From positions 399,172-463,171 of the forward strand of contig CAVZQC010000001.1 in the NCBI GenBank assembly GCA_963777315.1: a stretch of DNA of 64,000 bases. The letters run 5' to 3'. Each line of letters starts with the position of its first letter. Position 1 is the stretch's first letter. Under the pieces are notes generated by a model that was given only the letters and a program-made list of their open reading frames with translations, did no database searches and was not told the DNA's origin. The position numbers were made by a program, and so were the translations under genes. Below are positions 48,927-58,874 of this stretch, piece by piece. This DNA comes from Vulcanimicrobiota bacterium (GTDB taxonomy: Bacteria; Vulcanimicrobiota; Vulcanimicrobiia; Vulcanimicrobiales; Vulcanimicrobiaceae).

Positions 48927-50174
48927 ATGGAAACCTTCATCGGGCGTACTCTGAGCGGCCGATACGAGATCCTCGAACTGATCGGGCGCGGCGGCACGGC
49001 GGACACCTACCGCGCCTTCGACAAGACGCTCGAGCGCGAGGTTGCGGTCAAAGTGCTCATCGATCGCTCGGACGACATCAACCGGCGCTTTCTGCGCGAG
49101 GCGCAGGCGATGGCCAAACTCAACCATCCGCGCGTCGTGCAAGTCTTCGACGTCGGCGAAGAGGCCGGCATTTCGTATATCGTGATGGAACTGGTTCGCG
49201 GCAAGACGCTGCGCGATCTCGAAGGCGGATCGATCTCGTACCGGCAGGCGCTCACCTACGTCATCGACGTGCTCGAAGCGCTGGACTACGCGCACGGCGA
49301 AGGCACGATTCATCGCGACATCAAGCCGTCCAATATCATGACCGTCGATGAAGGCCGCCACGTCAAAGTCATGGACTTCGGTCTAGCGCGCCGCACGAGC
49401 GACATGACCCAGACGACTCGCACCGGTCAGATCGTCGGGACGATCGGCTATCTCGCGCCGGAACGTTTCCTGAGCAAACCCGCGGACGTGCGCAGCGATT
49501 TATACTCGGTCGGCATCGTAATGTACGAAATATTCACCGGCACCGTTCCGTTCCGCAACGACAAGGACGATCTGGTTGCCACGATTTTTTCGCACGTGCA
49601 CGACGCGCCCACGCCCCCGCACGAGATCAATCGCAACATCCCCGAACCGCTCGAGCGCGTGGTCATGCGCGCCATCGACAAGGACCCCGGGAAACGCTAC
49701 CAAACCGCCCGCGATTTCATCGGCGACCTGCAGGTGCTGCTCTCGCCTTCACCAGTGAAAAAATCGCAAGCTGAGAGCCGGCCGGCCCCGAAAAGCGTAT
49801 CGGAACTGCGCCTTGCGCTGGACAGAGCCCTCGCGCCTTCACGTAACCGTAACGATGCGTACGAGGCCGTGCTCAAGGGCATGCTCGCGACGCGACGGCG
49901 AAGATACGAGGAAGCCAAGGACCAATTCATGCTCGCGCTGCACGAACTGGCGGCAATCGACAACCGGCTCGAATATGCCAAAACCGCGCTCAAGTACGGC
50001 ACGATGATTTTGCAGAAGGCATCGGACGGGCTGCGCGAGCGCGAAGAATTGCGCGAAGGCGTGCACAAACTCAACGAAGCCTTGGAAGTGTTTCGCGACT
50101 ACGATCTGGCCGACCACATGAGTGAGACCGAATATTTGATAAACGCGCTGGAGCGGACGGCGATCGGTTACTAA
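48927..50174 (+). CDS. cytoplasmic Ser/Thr protein kinase with helical (TPR-like) C-terminus
   Basis: VAVKVL, HRDIKPSNI, DFGLA, YLAPE, DLYSVG; no TM. Confidence 0.92.
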   Translation: METFIGRTLSGRYEILELIGRGGTADTYRAFDKTLEREVAVKVLIDRSDDINRRFLREAQAMAKLNHPRVVQVFDVGEEAGISYIVMELVRGKTLRDLEGGSISYRQALTYVIDVLEALDYAHGEGTIHRDIKPSNIMTVDEGRHVKVMDFGLARRTSDMTQTTRTGQIVGTIGYLAPERFLSKPADVRSDLYSVGIVMYEIFTGTVPFRNDKDDLVATIFSHVHDAPTPPHEINRNIPEPLERVVMRAIDKDPGKRYQTARDFIGDLQVLLSPSPVKKSQAESRPAPKSVSELRLALDRALAPSRNRNDAYEAVLKGMLATRRRRYEEAKDQFMLALHELAAIDNRLEYAKTALKYGTMILQKASDGLREREELREGVHKLNEALEVFRDYDLADHMSETEYLINALERTAIGY

Positions 50175-50179
50175 GGGCC

Positions 50180-51757
50180 ATGCACCAACACCGGCAGGAA
50201 CTGCGCCGTTCCGTCACGCCGTGGGGCTCGTATTCATGGGGCTACGCGGACGTAGGCGCCGATATCTTCGTTGCGCTCGGACTGGTCATCGGCGTTGCCG
50301 GCGGCGCGTCGAACGTTGCGTTTTTGTTTGCCGGATTGGTTTACGTGTGCGTCGGCCTGGCATACACCGAACTGGCGGCGGCATATCCGGTCGCGGGCGG
50401 CGGTCAGTATTTCGTCATGCGCGGTTTGGGCGATTTTCTGGGCTTTATGGCGGGCTGGGCCGTTCTGCTCGACTTCACGATCGACATTACGCTTTTCGCC
50501 TGGGGATGCGTGGGCTATTTGAGCCATCTGCCGCTGCTTGGCGTGCTGGATGCGACGTTTCATCCGTTGCTGCACTTCTGGGTCGTGCTGCTGCTCATAC
50601 TGGGGCTTGCGCTGCTCAACGTCATCGGCGTGCGCGAAAGCACGGCTTTCAACGGTTTCGTCAGCGCGATCGACGTCTGCAGCGAGGGATTGATTCTGTT
50701 CCTGGGATTTCTGTTCACGTTCCGGCCCGAGCTGCTCGTTCACAGCATGCAGACCGGCTGGCCGAACACGTTTCAGCTGATGAACGGGATTTCGCTGGCG
50801 ATCATTTCATTCGTCGGGCTCGAGTCGATTTCGCATGCCGCCGAAGAAACCTCGCGTCCGGCCTCGATCATCCCGCGCACGTCGATCGCGCTGATCCTGA
50901 CCATTTTGATCTTCGCGCTCGCGTATTCGAATCTTGCGCTCGGAATGCAGCCGTGGTACCCGGTTGCGCATGCAGCGGGCGGCCACGTGCAGCAGTTCTG
51001 GCAGGTGCTCGGCGCCACGCAAAACCAAGACAAAGCCGTGGCCGTCATGGCTTCCAACATTCCGTACTTCGGACTGGTCGCCGCGTTCTACGTGCCGGTC
51101 TTCGGGGCGACCCTACTACTGATCTCCAGCAATTCCGGCGTCTTCGGCAGCTCGCGCATCGCCTATTCGATGAGCCAGTTTCAGCTGTTGCCCAGTTTGT
51201 TCAAGCGCGTGCACCGCAAGTTCAAAACCCCGGTTATTTCGATCGTGGTTTTTTGCGGGCTAGCCGCCGTCGAGCTCGTGTTTGCAGCCTTGCAAGGCGA
51301 CTTCGGATACGAATTTTTGGGGGACTTGTACGCGTTCGGCGCCGCAGCCAGCTACACGCTGGTCTTCGTGGCGCTCATTTCTCTGCGCCTGACGGACCCG
51401 CTCACGCCGCGCAAGTTCATGATCCCCCTCAACGTGAAAATGCGCTTTCGAGGCGAGATCGTGCATTTTCCGCTGGTGGCCATCATAGGGTTCATCGGCA
51501 TCTTTGCGATACTCGTGTTCGTGCTGATCACGCATCACATCGGACGCATCGCCGGGCCTTCGTGGCTGCTGTTCGGTGTGATCGGCTACATTATTTACCG
51601 GCTGCACAAGCGTTTGCCGCTGTTCGGCTCGGTCAAGCGCGACTGGAACCGCGATCAGGTGCAGATTTTACGCAACGCCGGCGAACTGGACCTCATGGAC
51701 GAACTCGTAAGTAAACTCAAAGAACGCGACCCCTCGTTCACGGCAAACGTTTCATGA
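50180..51757 (+). CDS. APC family permease
   Basis: YTELAAAYPVAGG, FVGLES, about 12 TMs. Confidence 0.9.
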   Translation: MHQHRQELRRSVTPWGSYSWGYADVGADIFVALGLVIGVAGGASNVAFLFAGLVYVCVGLAYTELAAAYPVAGGGQYFVMRGLGDFLGFMAGWAVLLDFTIDITLFAWGCVGYLSHLPLLGVLDATFHPLLHFWVVLLLILGLALLNVIGVRESTAFNGFVSAIDVCSEGLILFLGFLFTFRPELLVHSMQTGWPNTFQLMNGISLAIISFVGLESISHAAEETSRPASIIPRTSIALILTILIFALAYSNLALGMQPWYPVAHAAGGHVQQFWQVLGATQNQDKAVAVMASNIPYFGLVAAFYVPVFGATLLLISSNSGVFGSSRIAYSMSQFQLLPSLFKRVHRKFKTPVISIVVFCGLAAVELVFAALQGDFGYEFLGDLYAFGAAASYTLVFVALISLRLTDPLTPRKFMIPLNVKMRFRGEIVHFPLVAIIGFIGIFAILVFVLITHHIGRIAGPSWLLFGVIGYIIYRLHKRLPLFGSVKRDWNRDQVQILRNAGELDLMDELVSKLKERDPSFTANVS

Positions 51758-51957
51758 GCTTGCGCCGCAGCAAAGGCTACGCCGGTTTCAAAGCGCTCAA
51801 CGGCCTGCTTTTCTTCGTGTTCGGCGCGGCCATTCTCGTTCAAATCGTGCGTGCCGCCGGCGTGCATTTCGATGCGATACCGGGCGTGATACTGGGTTTG
51901 GCGATGATGGGCTTGGGGCTTCACCGCACCGTTCTGCTCGTGCGTGCACGGCGATGA
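51754..51957 (+). CDS. small two-TM membrane protein
   Basis: ATGA overlaps on both sides; two hydrophobic helices. Confidence 0.7.
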   Translation: MSLRRSKGYAGFKALNGLLFFVFGAAILVQIVRAAGVHFDAIPGVILGLAMMGLGLHRTVLLVRARR

Positions 51958-52595
51958 ACGAGCCGGTTCATATCACGGGCGCGGGCCTGGCGGCGGCGTG
52001 CGGAACCGTGGGCGCTGCTGCGGCAACGCTGTGGTGGATGCTTCACCCGCCCAAAACCAAAGCGGACATCGTTGCCAAAGCGGCTGAAAAATCGCTGGCC
52101 GAGCGTTTGGGAACCGTGGTCGTGGTCTTCTCTTCGGAGATTCGCACCGAGCACATGATGGTGCTGGCAGCTCGGCTCGCGCGCGGGCAGAACTCCGAAC
52201 TGCTGGCCATCTACGTGATCGAAGTCCCCTTTACACTGCCCACCAATGCCGTCATGGAAGAGGAGGATCGTCAGGGCTTGGACATTCTGGCCTCGGTAGA
52301 AGCTATCGCCAAGCGAAGCAGCGTGGAGGTGCGGACCGAAATCGTTCACCAGCGGCAAACCGCGCAAGCGGTGCTGGACGTCGCCAAACGCGAGCGCGCT
52401 TCACTCATCATCATCGGGTCGTATCGCGAGGGCAAATACACCGGAGCACCGCTAGGACGCGACATCGAGCAAATCGCCGCCAACGCCAAATGCGACGTGC
52501 TCGTGGGAGTTGAAGGCAAACACGGCACCCTGTTGGTCGACGAGGTAAGCCAAGCCGGCGGAGCCGAGCCGCTGCCCGAGAATACACCGGCATGA
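51954..52595 (+). CDS. universal stress protein with N-terminal TM
   Basis: IYVIEVP, ASLIIIGS, LGRDIEQIAANAKCDVLV. Confidence 0.85.
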   Translation: MNEPVHITGAGLAAACGTVGAAAATLWWMLHPPKTKADIVAKAAEKSLAERLGTVVVVFSSEIRTEHMMVLAARLARGQNSELLAIYVIEVPFTLPTNAVMEEEDRQGLDILASVEAIAKRSSVEVRTEIVHQRQTAQAVLDVAKRERASLIIIGSYREGKYTGAPLGRDIEQIAANAKCDVLVGVEGKHGTLLVDEVSQAGGAEPLPENTPA

Positions 52596-53245
52596 ATAGA
52601 TCTTTCGTGGGAATTTGCGCAATCGCCGCACTGCTTTGGCCGCTTGCGGCGCGGGCGGCAACCGTACCGGCCATCGAGTCGTTCGACCACGCTTTTTCGA
52701 AAGTGAACGATTACACCGCAACGGTTCGCGCGCACGAGGTGCAGGGCGATCGCGTTCAGGACCGGACGTATGAATACTGGTTCAAACGCCCCACCTTGGC
52801 TAAGACCCAGATCGTTTCCGGCGACGGCAAAGGCGGCGGCGGAGTGTGGAACGGCGGCGATAAAGTCAGCGGGCACCAGGGCGGCATACTGTCGTTCTTT
52901 CACCTGAAAGTCGGACTGCACGATGGGCGCGCAACGTCGCTTCGCGGTTACACCATTCCCGACGGTCTACTCCAAAATGAAGTCGACAAGTACAAGACCA
53001 TCTCCGGGCGGCTGAGCCAGCGCGACGGCCCGGTCGTCGACGGTATGCCGACCGACGAGATAGAGCTCCAGCTCGCCGAACCATCCCAGTATGGCGGAGT
53101 GACGCGCATGGTGATGGACCTGTCGAAAGAGACGCATTTCCCGGTGCGCCAAATCCGTTTTTCCGGCGACAAAATCGTCGCCGAAGAAACGTTTTCGGAC
53201 GTCAAGACCAACGTGGGACTGCGCGACTCCGATTTCCCGTTCTAA
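52592..53245 (+). CDS. secreted LolA-like/lipoprotein-sorting fold protein
   Basis: Signal peptide; DYTATV, FKRP, HFPVR, VKTNVGLRDSDF. Confidence 0.65.
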   Translation: MNRSFVGICAIAALLWPLAARAATVPAIESFDHAFSKVNDYTATVRAHEVQGDRVQDRTYEYWFKRPTLAKTQIVSGDGKGGGGVWNGGDKVSGHQGGILSFFHLKVGLHDGRATSLRGYTIPDGLLQNEVDKYKTISGRLSQRDGPVVDGMPTDEIELQLAEPSQYGGVTRMVMDLSKETHFPVRQIRFSGDKIVAEETFSDVKTNVGLRDSDFPF

Positions 53246-53263
53246 TAGCCGCAACGCGGCGGA

Positions 53264-55186
53264 TCATACTTTGACTTCGACGCCGAATTCGATGACGTTG
53301 TTGGGCGGCAGGCCCAGTGAGTCGGTCAGCGGGCGCGCGTTGCGGGCCATCCAGCGAAACAGGCTGCGCTGCCAGTTCGGCAGGCCGTGCGGGGTGTGAG
53401 CGGCGCTGATTTTCGGACTTGCCAGATAGTAAGTCGGGCGCGAGAAATCCACGTTCGGACGCCGTTTGCGCAGCTGCTGCAGAATGTGATGGATGCGCGG
53501 CTCCTCCATGAACCCGTACCACGCCTTCACGCGCATGAGCCGGGGCGCGAGCTGTTCGATTTCCACGCGCCGGTCCGACGAAACGTAGGGACGCCCGGCG
53601 TGCATGATCGTCAGCAGCACGATCGTATCGAAGACGATGTGGCTGCGCATCCATTCATGCTGCAGGACGAACGGGATTCCCGACGGTTCCGGATTCAAAA
53701 AGAACGCCGTTCCGCTCACGACTGTCGGTTCGCGCGCTTCTGCTAGAAACTGCTTGACCGGCATGACCTGGGACGACAGCGATTCCATCATGCGCCGCCG
53801 GCCGCGGTTCCAAGTGGTAAAGAGCGCAAACAGCGCCAAAGCCATTGCAAGCGGCACCCATCCCCCGGAGATCACCTTGGACGCGTTGCCGATCAGGAAC
53901 GGCAGGTCCCAGCACAGGAAAATGGCGATGAGCGGGACCCATTGCCACGCAGGCCACTTCCAAACCTTACGCAGCAGCTGCGCGAACGCGAGCGTCGTGG
54001 TCAGCATGGTGATCGTCACCGCTAAGCCGTATGCGCCGCCCAGCGCGTTCGACGAGCGAAATGTGATGACCAGCACGATGCATACGATGCCCAGCATCGC
54101 ATTGATCGTCGGCATGTAGATCTGGCCGGCGTAATGCCGCGAGGTATGAACGATGCGAAAGCGCGGCGAGTACCCCAGCTGGATCGCCTGCTGCGTTAAA
54201 GAGAAGACGCCCGAGATCAGCGCTTGGCTGGCGATAACGGTCGCGATCGTGGCGAGCAGCACCATTGGAACGATTAAGAAGTGCGGCACCAAACCAAAGA
54301 ACGGCGAGGAGAGCACGGCTTTGGGATCGTGCAACGTCAGCGCGCCTTGGCCGAAATAGTTCAAAATGAGCGCCGGAAAGACCGCAATGAACCAGGCGAA
54401 GACGATGGGGCGTCTGCCGAAGTGGGCCAGATCTGCGTAAAGCGCCTCCGTACCGGTTACGCACAGAACGACAGCTCCGAAGATGAGCAGGCTGCGCACG
54501 CCGTTGCGTATGACGAATTCGATCGCGTACGAGGGCAGCAGCGCGCGCAGAATCTCGGGATGGGCCGCGATGGCGAAGCCGCCCGCAATGCCGATGGCCG
54601 TAAACCATGCGAGCATGATTGGGCCGAACAACGTTCCGATGCTACCCGTGCCGCGGCGCTGCAGTAAGAACAACCCCACGAGAATCAGCGCGGCGATCGG
54701 AACGATGTACGGATGCGCGGCGTGGGTCCACACGTCGAGCCCTTCGACCGCGGAGATCACCGAAATCGCCGGAGTGATCGCGCCGTCGCCATACAGCATG
54801 GAGGCGCCGAAAAGCACCATCAGCGAAAGGACGCCGAGCCCGACCGGCATGGCGGTGCGCCGCTGCGGAATCAACTGAGCAAACAGCGCCAAAATGCCGC
54901 CTTCGCCCTCGAAGTCGGCGCGCAGCATGAAGGTGACGTATTTGATGCACACGACGACGACCAACGCCCAAAAGATCAGCGAGCAGATCCCTAAGACGTT
55001 GGCGCGGTTTATCGCTGCCGGGAATTCACCCGTAAAACATTGCCCGAACGCATACAGCGGGCTGGTCCCGATATCGCCGAAAACGACGCCGAGCGCCGCC
55101 ACGGAAAGCGCGCTAAGCGGTTCGGCGCGGTAGCGGCGGGAGCGTATCGGCTCATCGGTTCGCGCGCCGGCTGCGTGCGCGGACAC
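53264..55186 (-). CDS. kup: KUP/HAK/KT potassium transporter
   Basis: GVVFGDIGTSPLYA, GEGGILAL, YGDGAITPAISV, ADLAHFG, IASQALISG. Confidence 0.96.
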   Translation of the reverse strand: MSAHAAGARTDEPIRSRRYRAEPLSALSVAALGVVFGDIGTSPLYAFGQCFTGEFPAAINRANVLGICSLIFWALVVVVCIKYVTFMLRADFEGEGGILALFAQLIPQRRTAMPVGLGVLSLMVLFGASMLYGDGAITPAISVISAVEGLDVWTHAAHPYIVPIAALILVGLFLLQRRGTGSIGTLFGPIMLAWFTAIGIAGGFAIAAHPEILRALLPSYAIEFVIRNGVRSLLIFGAVVLCVTGTEALYADLAHFGRRPIVFAWFIAVFPALILNYFGQGALTLHDPKAVLSSPFFGLVPHFLIVPMVLLATIATVIASQALISGVFSLTQQAIQLGYSPRFRIVHTSRHYAGQIYMPTINAMLGIVCIVLVITFRSSNALGGAYGLAVTITMLTTTLAFAQLLRKVWKWPAWQWVPLIAIFLCWDLPFLIGNASKVISGGWVPLAMALALFALFTTWNRGRRRMMESLSSQVMPVKQFLAEAREPTVVSGTAFFLNPEPSGIPFVLQHEWMRSHIVFDTIVLLTIMHAGRPYVSSDRRVEIEQLAPRLMRVKAWYGFMEEPRIHHILQQLRKRRPNVDFSRPTYYLASPKISAAHTPHGLPNWQRSLFRWMARNARPLTDSLGLPPNNVIEFGVEVKV

Positions 55187-55188
55187 GG

Positions 55189-56241
55189 CTACGCCGCGCG
55201 CAGATAGCGCTTGCGCATCTCGTCCACCACTACGGCCAAAAGAATTACGCCGCCAAGCACGATCTTCTGCGTGTAGGATTCGATGCTGAGCAGGTTCATG
55301 ACGTTGTACAGCATCCCGATCAGCAGTGCGCCGAAGAACGTTCCCACGATCGTGCCGCGGCCTCCCATGAGGCTCGTGCCGCCCACGACGACGGCCGCGA
55401 TGGCCTCGAGCATTTCATCGCCCGTGCCCGTCTGCGGCGATCCTGAAGAAAACAGCGCCATGAGTAGAAACCCTGCGACGGCCGCGCACATGCCGCTGAT
55501 CACGTAAACCATCGTTTTGATACTGCCTACACTCACGCCCGCGAGACGCGCCGCTTCTTCGTTGCCGCCCAGAGCGAAAACATACCGTCCGAAGCGCGTG
55601 CGCATCAGCAAGATGGAGCAGCCGATGACGATGACGATCATCCAGATGACCGGAATCGGCAAGCCCGGCAAATGCATCGAACTAAAGAGCGAACCCAGAA
55701 AGAACCCGATGCCGGTGTTTTGAAAGTCGGTGCTCTCCAGCGGAATCGGCCGTCCGTGCGAGAGTTTGAACGACAGGCCTTGCGCCATGAGCATCATCGC
55801 CAAGGTCGTGATGAACGGCGGCAGGTTGAGTTTGACGACGGGAACCGCGTTGACGAAGCCCGCGGCGCCCCCGAGCGCAAGGCCTACGATGAGGGTCGCG
55901 GCAATGAGCGCAAAGCCGCTGAAATGCATGGAATTGGCGAACATCGCCATGACCACGCCGCACAGCGAAATGAGCGAACCGACCGAAAGATCGATTCCGG
56001 CCGTGATGATCACGAACGTTTCACCCACCGCCAAGATGCAGCCGTACGTGATTTGGCGCAGGACGCGAATGATGTTCGAAGGCTGCAGGAACGTGCCTTT
56101 GGCCGCGACGTTGACCAGTAGGGCGATGACGATCAGCAGCGCGATCGCGGCCGCGACCCGCAGCCAATACCGGCGCGTTTCGCGTCCTTTGGCCTCTTTG
56201 GCTTGAATGCTGAGTTCGGCTTGAATCTGCGCGTGCTGCAT
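55189..56241 (-). CDS. rbsC: monosaccharide (ribose-type) ABC transporter permease
   Basis: GIDLSVGS, PPFITTL, GGNEEAARLAGV, IAAVVVGGTSLMGGRG. Confidence 0.88.
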   Translation of the reverse strand: MQHAQIQAELSIQAKEAKGRETRRYWLRVAAAIALLIVIALLVNVAAKGTFLQPSNIIRVLRQITYGCILAVGETFVIITAGIDLSVGSLISLCGVVMAMFANSMHFSGFALIAATLIVGLALGGAAGFVNAVPVVKLNLPPFITTLAMMLMAQGLSFKLSHGRPIPLESTDFQNTGIGFFLGSLFSSMHLPGLPIPVIWMIVIVIGCSILLMRTRFGRYVFALGGNEEAARLAGVSVGSIKTMVYVISGMCAAVAGFLLMALFSSGSPQTGTGDEMLEAIAAVVVGGTSLMGGRGTIVGTFFGALLIGMLYNVMNLLSIESYTQKIVLGGVILLAVVVDEMRKRYLRAA

Positions 56242-57742
56242 TTAGGCGGCGGCTCCGGTGGCGGCGGCAATGACGGCGTCGGGCGTCGCCTGTCCGCGGC
56301 TGAATTCGCGCACGATGCGTCCTGCGCGAACGACCAGAATTCGATGCGACATTCCCAGTACTTCGGGCAGCTCGCTGCTGACCATCACTATCGCAGCTCC
56401 GTTTTGCGCGAGTTTGACCATGAGGTTGTAGATTTCGGCTTTGGCGCCTACGTCGATGCCGCGCGTGGGCTCGTCGAAGAGAAAAACCTTGGCGTCGGCC
56501 AGCAGCCATTTCGCCAAAACGACTTTTTGCTGATTGCCGCCCGAAAGGTTTCGCACGATTTGCTCGGCGCTGGGCGTACGGATGCGCAGTTCCTGAATGT
56601 AACCGTCGGTAGCATCTACTTCCTTGTGCCGGTCGATCAGGCCGCCTGCCGTAAAGCGCGCAAGCTCCGGGAGGGTCACGTTTTCGCGCACGTTCATGCC
56701 GAGCACCAAGCCTTGCGCTTTGCGATCTTCGGTGATGAACGCTAAGCCCGACGCAATGGCGTCCCGCGGGCCTCGGCCGTGCAGCAGCTGTCCCTGCACG
56801 CGCACTTCGCCGCGCTCGGGGATATCGGCGCACGCAATTGCGCGCACGATCTCGGTACGTCCAGCGCCCACCAGGCCCGCCAGGCCGACGATTTCTCCTC
56901 GTCTTACTTCAAACGACACGCCGCCGACCAGCGGCGCTCTGAACAGGTTCTCCACGCGCAGCAGCACCGGAGCATCGGGCGCAACCGCAGGAAGATCGGG
57001 AAAGTGCGAGTCCAACCGGCGCCCGACCATTGCGCGCACGATTTCATCGGGCGCAAAGTCTTGCGCCGTTCTGGTTTCGATCGCTTTTCCGTCGCGTAGA
57101 ACGGTGATCCGGTCGGCGATCTTGGGGCAGCTCTTCCAAGCGGTGTGAAATGTAAACGATTCCGGCCCCGCGCGCTTTGAGCGTTTTGATGATTTCGAAC
57201 AGACGATCGATCTCGCGATCGGTCAGCGCCGCGCTGGGCTCGTCCATGACGATGATGCGCGCGTGCCGCGAAAGCACTTTGGCGATTTCCACCATCTGCT
57301 GCTGCGCCACCGAAAGGCGGCCGGTCTCCACGTTGAGCGGCAGTTCGATGCCCAGGTCCGCGAACACGCTCGATGCGCGCTCGCGGGCGCGGCGTTCGTC
57401 GATGAACGGGCCTTGGGAAGGCTCGTTGCCCAGCACGATGTTGTCGATGGGGCTAAGGGCGGGCACCAGGTTGAACTCCTGGTAGATCATGCCGATTCCC
57501 AATTTTTCGGCCCTGCGCGGCGAATCGATCGCGACGACGCTGCCGTCGATGAGGATTTCGCCCGAATCGGCAGGCTGCGCGCCGGCCAGAATCTTCATCA
57601 GGGTCGACTTGCCTGCGCCGTTCTCCCCGACCAAAGCGAGCACTTCGCCTGAAAACAGGTCCAGCGTAACGCCGTCCAGAGCGCGAACGCCGGGAAAGGA
57701 CTTCCCGATGTCGCGCATCTCTAAAAGCGGTGTGGTGCTCAG
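56242..57742 (-). CDS. rbsA: monosaccharide ABC transporter ATP-binding protein (frameshift near 57125; start 57718 or 57742)
   Basis: GENGAGKST, MDEPSA, YISHRL, then LSGGNQQK and DEPTRGID in the next frame. Confidence 0.9.
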
Positions 57743-57747
57743 CGTGT

Positions 57748-58710
57748 CTACTTTGCGAGATCGGCTTTGGTAATCGTTCCGACGGGGACGTTGACTTTCG
57801 CCGGGACCTTCTTTCCGGCGAAATACTCGTGGATGATGTCGATCGTGTCTTTGCCGATGACGTCGGGATGCTGCACGGCGTCGCCGTACATCAATCCACT
57901 TTGGATGGCCGTACGCGCTTCCGGCGTCGCATCGTAGCCTACGATCGTAATTCCGTGCAGACCGGCCGCGCGCACTGCCGTGACCGCACCCAGCGCCGTG
58001 TCGTCGTTGATCCCGAAGACGCCTTTGAGATTCTTATGCGCCTGCAGAATGTCGCCCATGTCGGAATTTGCTTTGTCCCGCGTACCGCCCGAATCGACCT
58101 GAGCGACGATTTTCACGTTCGGACATTGCGCGGCCAAAGCTTGTTTGAAACCTTTGACGCGATCCTGAACGCTGGTGACTTCGGGCTCGTCCAGAATGGC
58201 GACTTCCCCCGAACCCCCGGTCGCTTTGCACATGAGCATCCCGGCTTGGTGGCCGCCCTGAATGTTGTCCGAGGCGACGTGCGCGATCACTTTACCTTGT
58301 TTGCTCGCGCTGGCGATGTCCGCGGTGAAGACCGGAATGTTCGCGTTGTTCGCTTCGGCGATGGCACTGCCGATGGCCTGGGAATCGTATGGCGTGAGCA
58401 CCAAAGCGTCGACCTTCTTGGAGATGAAATCTTCGACTTGCGACTGCTGCTTTGCGCTGTCGCGGTTGGCATCGACGAACAACAGCCGGTAGTTGTATTT
58501 TTTGGCCTCGGCCTGCATGCCCGCTTCCATTTGCTGGTAGAACTGCGCCTCGAGGTCTTGAATCGAAACGCCGATGGTTTTCGCGGCGTGGGAGGAACCC
58601 GACGACGCCGTCGAGGTCGTCTGCGAGCCGGTAGAGCCCGAGTTCGACGAGCAGGCGGCCAGGGCCAAGGCGATGGCCGCGGCGGCAGTCAGCAGGCGAA
58701 GGTTGTTCAC
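57748..58710 (-). CDS. rbsB: monosaccharide ABC transporter substrate-binding lipoprotein
   Basis: LAAC lipobox; KQQSQVEDFI, ASDNIQGG, DRVKGF, VGYDA. Confidence 0.88.
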   Translation of the reverse strand: MNNLRLLTAAAAIALALAACSSNSGSTGSQTTSTASSGSSHAAKTIGVSIQDLEAQFYQQMEAGMQAEAKKYNYRLLFVDANRDSAKQQSQVEDFISKKVDALVLTPYDSQAIGSAIAEANNANIPVFTADIASASKQGKVIAHVASDNIQGGHQAGMLMCKATGGSGEVAILDEPEVTSVQDRVKGFKQALAAQCPNVKIVAQVDSGGTRDKANSDMGDILQAHKNLKGVFGINDDTALGAVTAVRAAGLHGITIVGYDATPEARTAIQSGLMYGDAVQHPDVIGKDTIDIIHEYFAGKKVPAKVNVPVGTITKADLAK

Positions 58711-58874
58711 AATCCGGCTCCTCCCGAAAGCATTCGGACGGGGGTTAACTACGCGGAGCGCTACGGCCTTCGTGCGCGCGAACTATCCACAAGGGCAAGC
58801 GGCATGCCTGTGAGCGCTGTGGAGAACTCCTCGCGCCACTAGCGTGTACCGGGGTGTAGGCGTGAACGGGCTTC

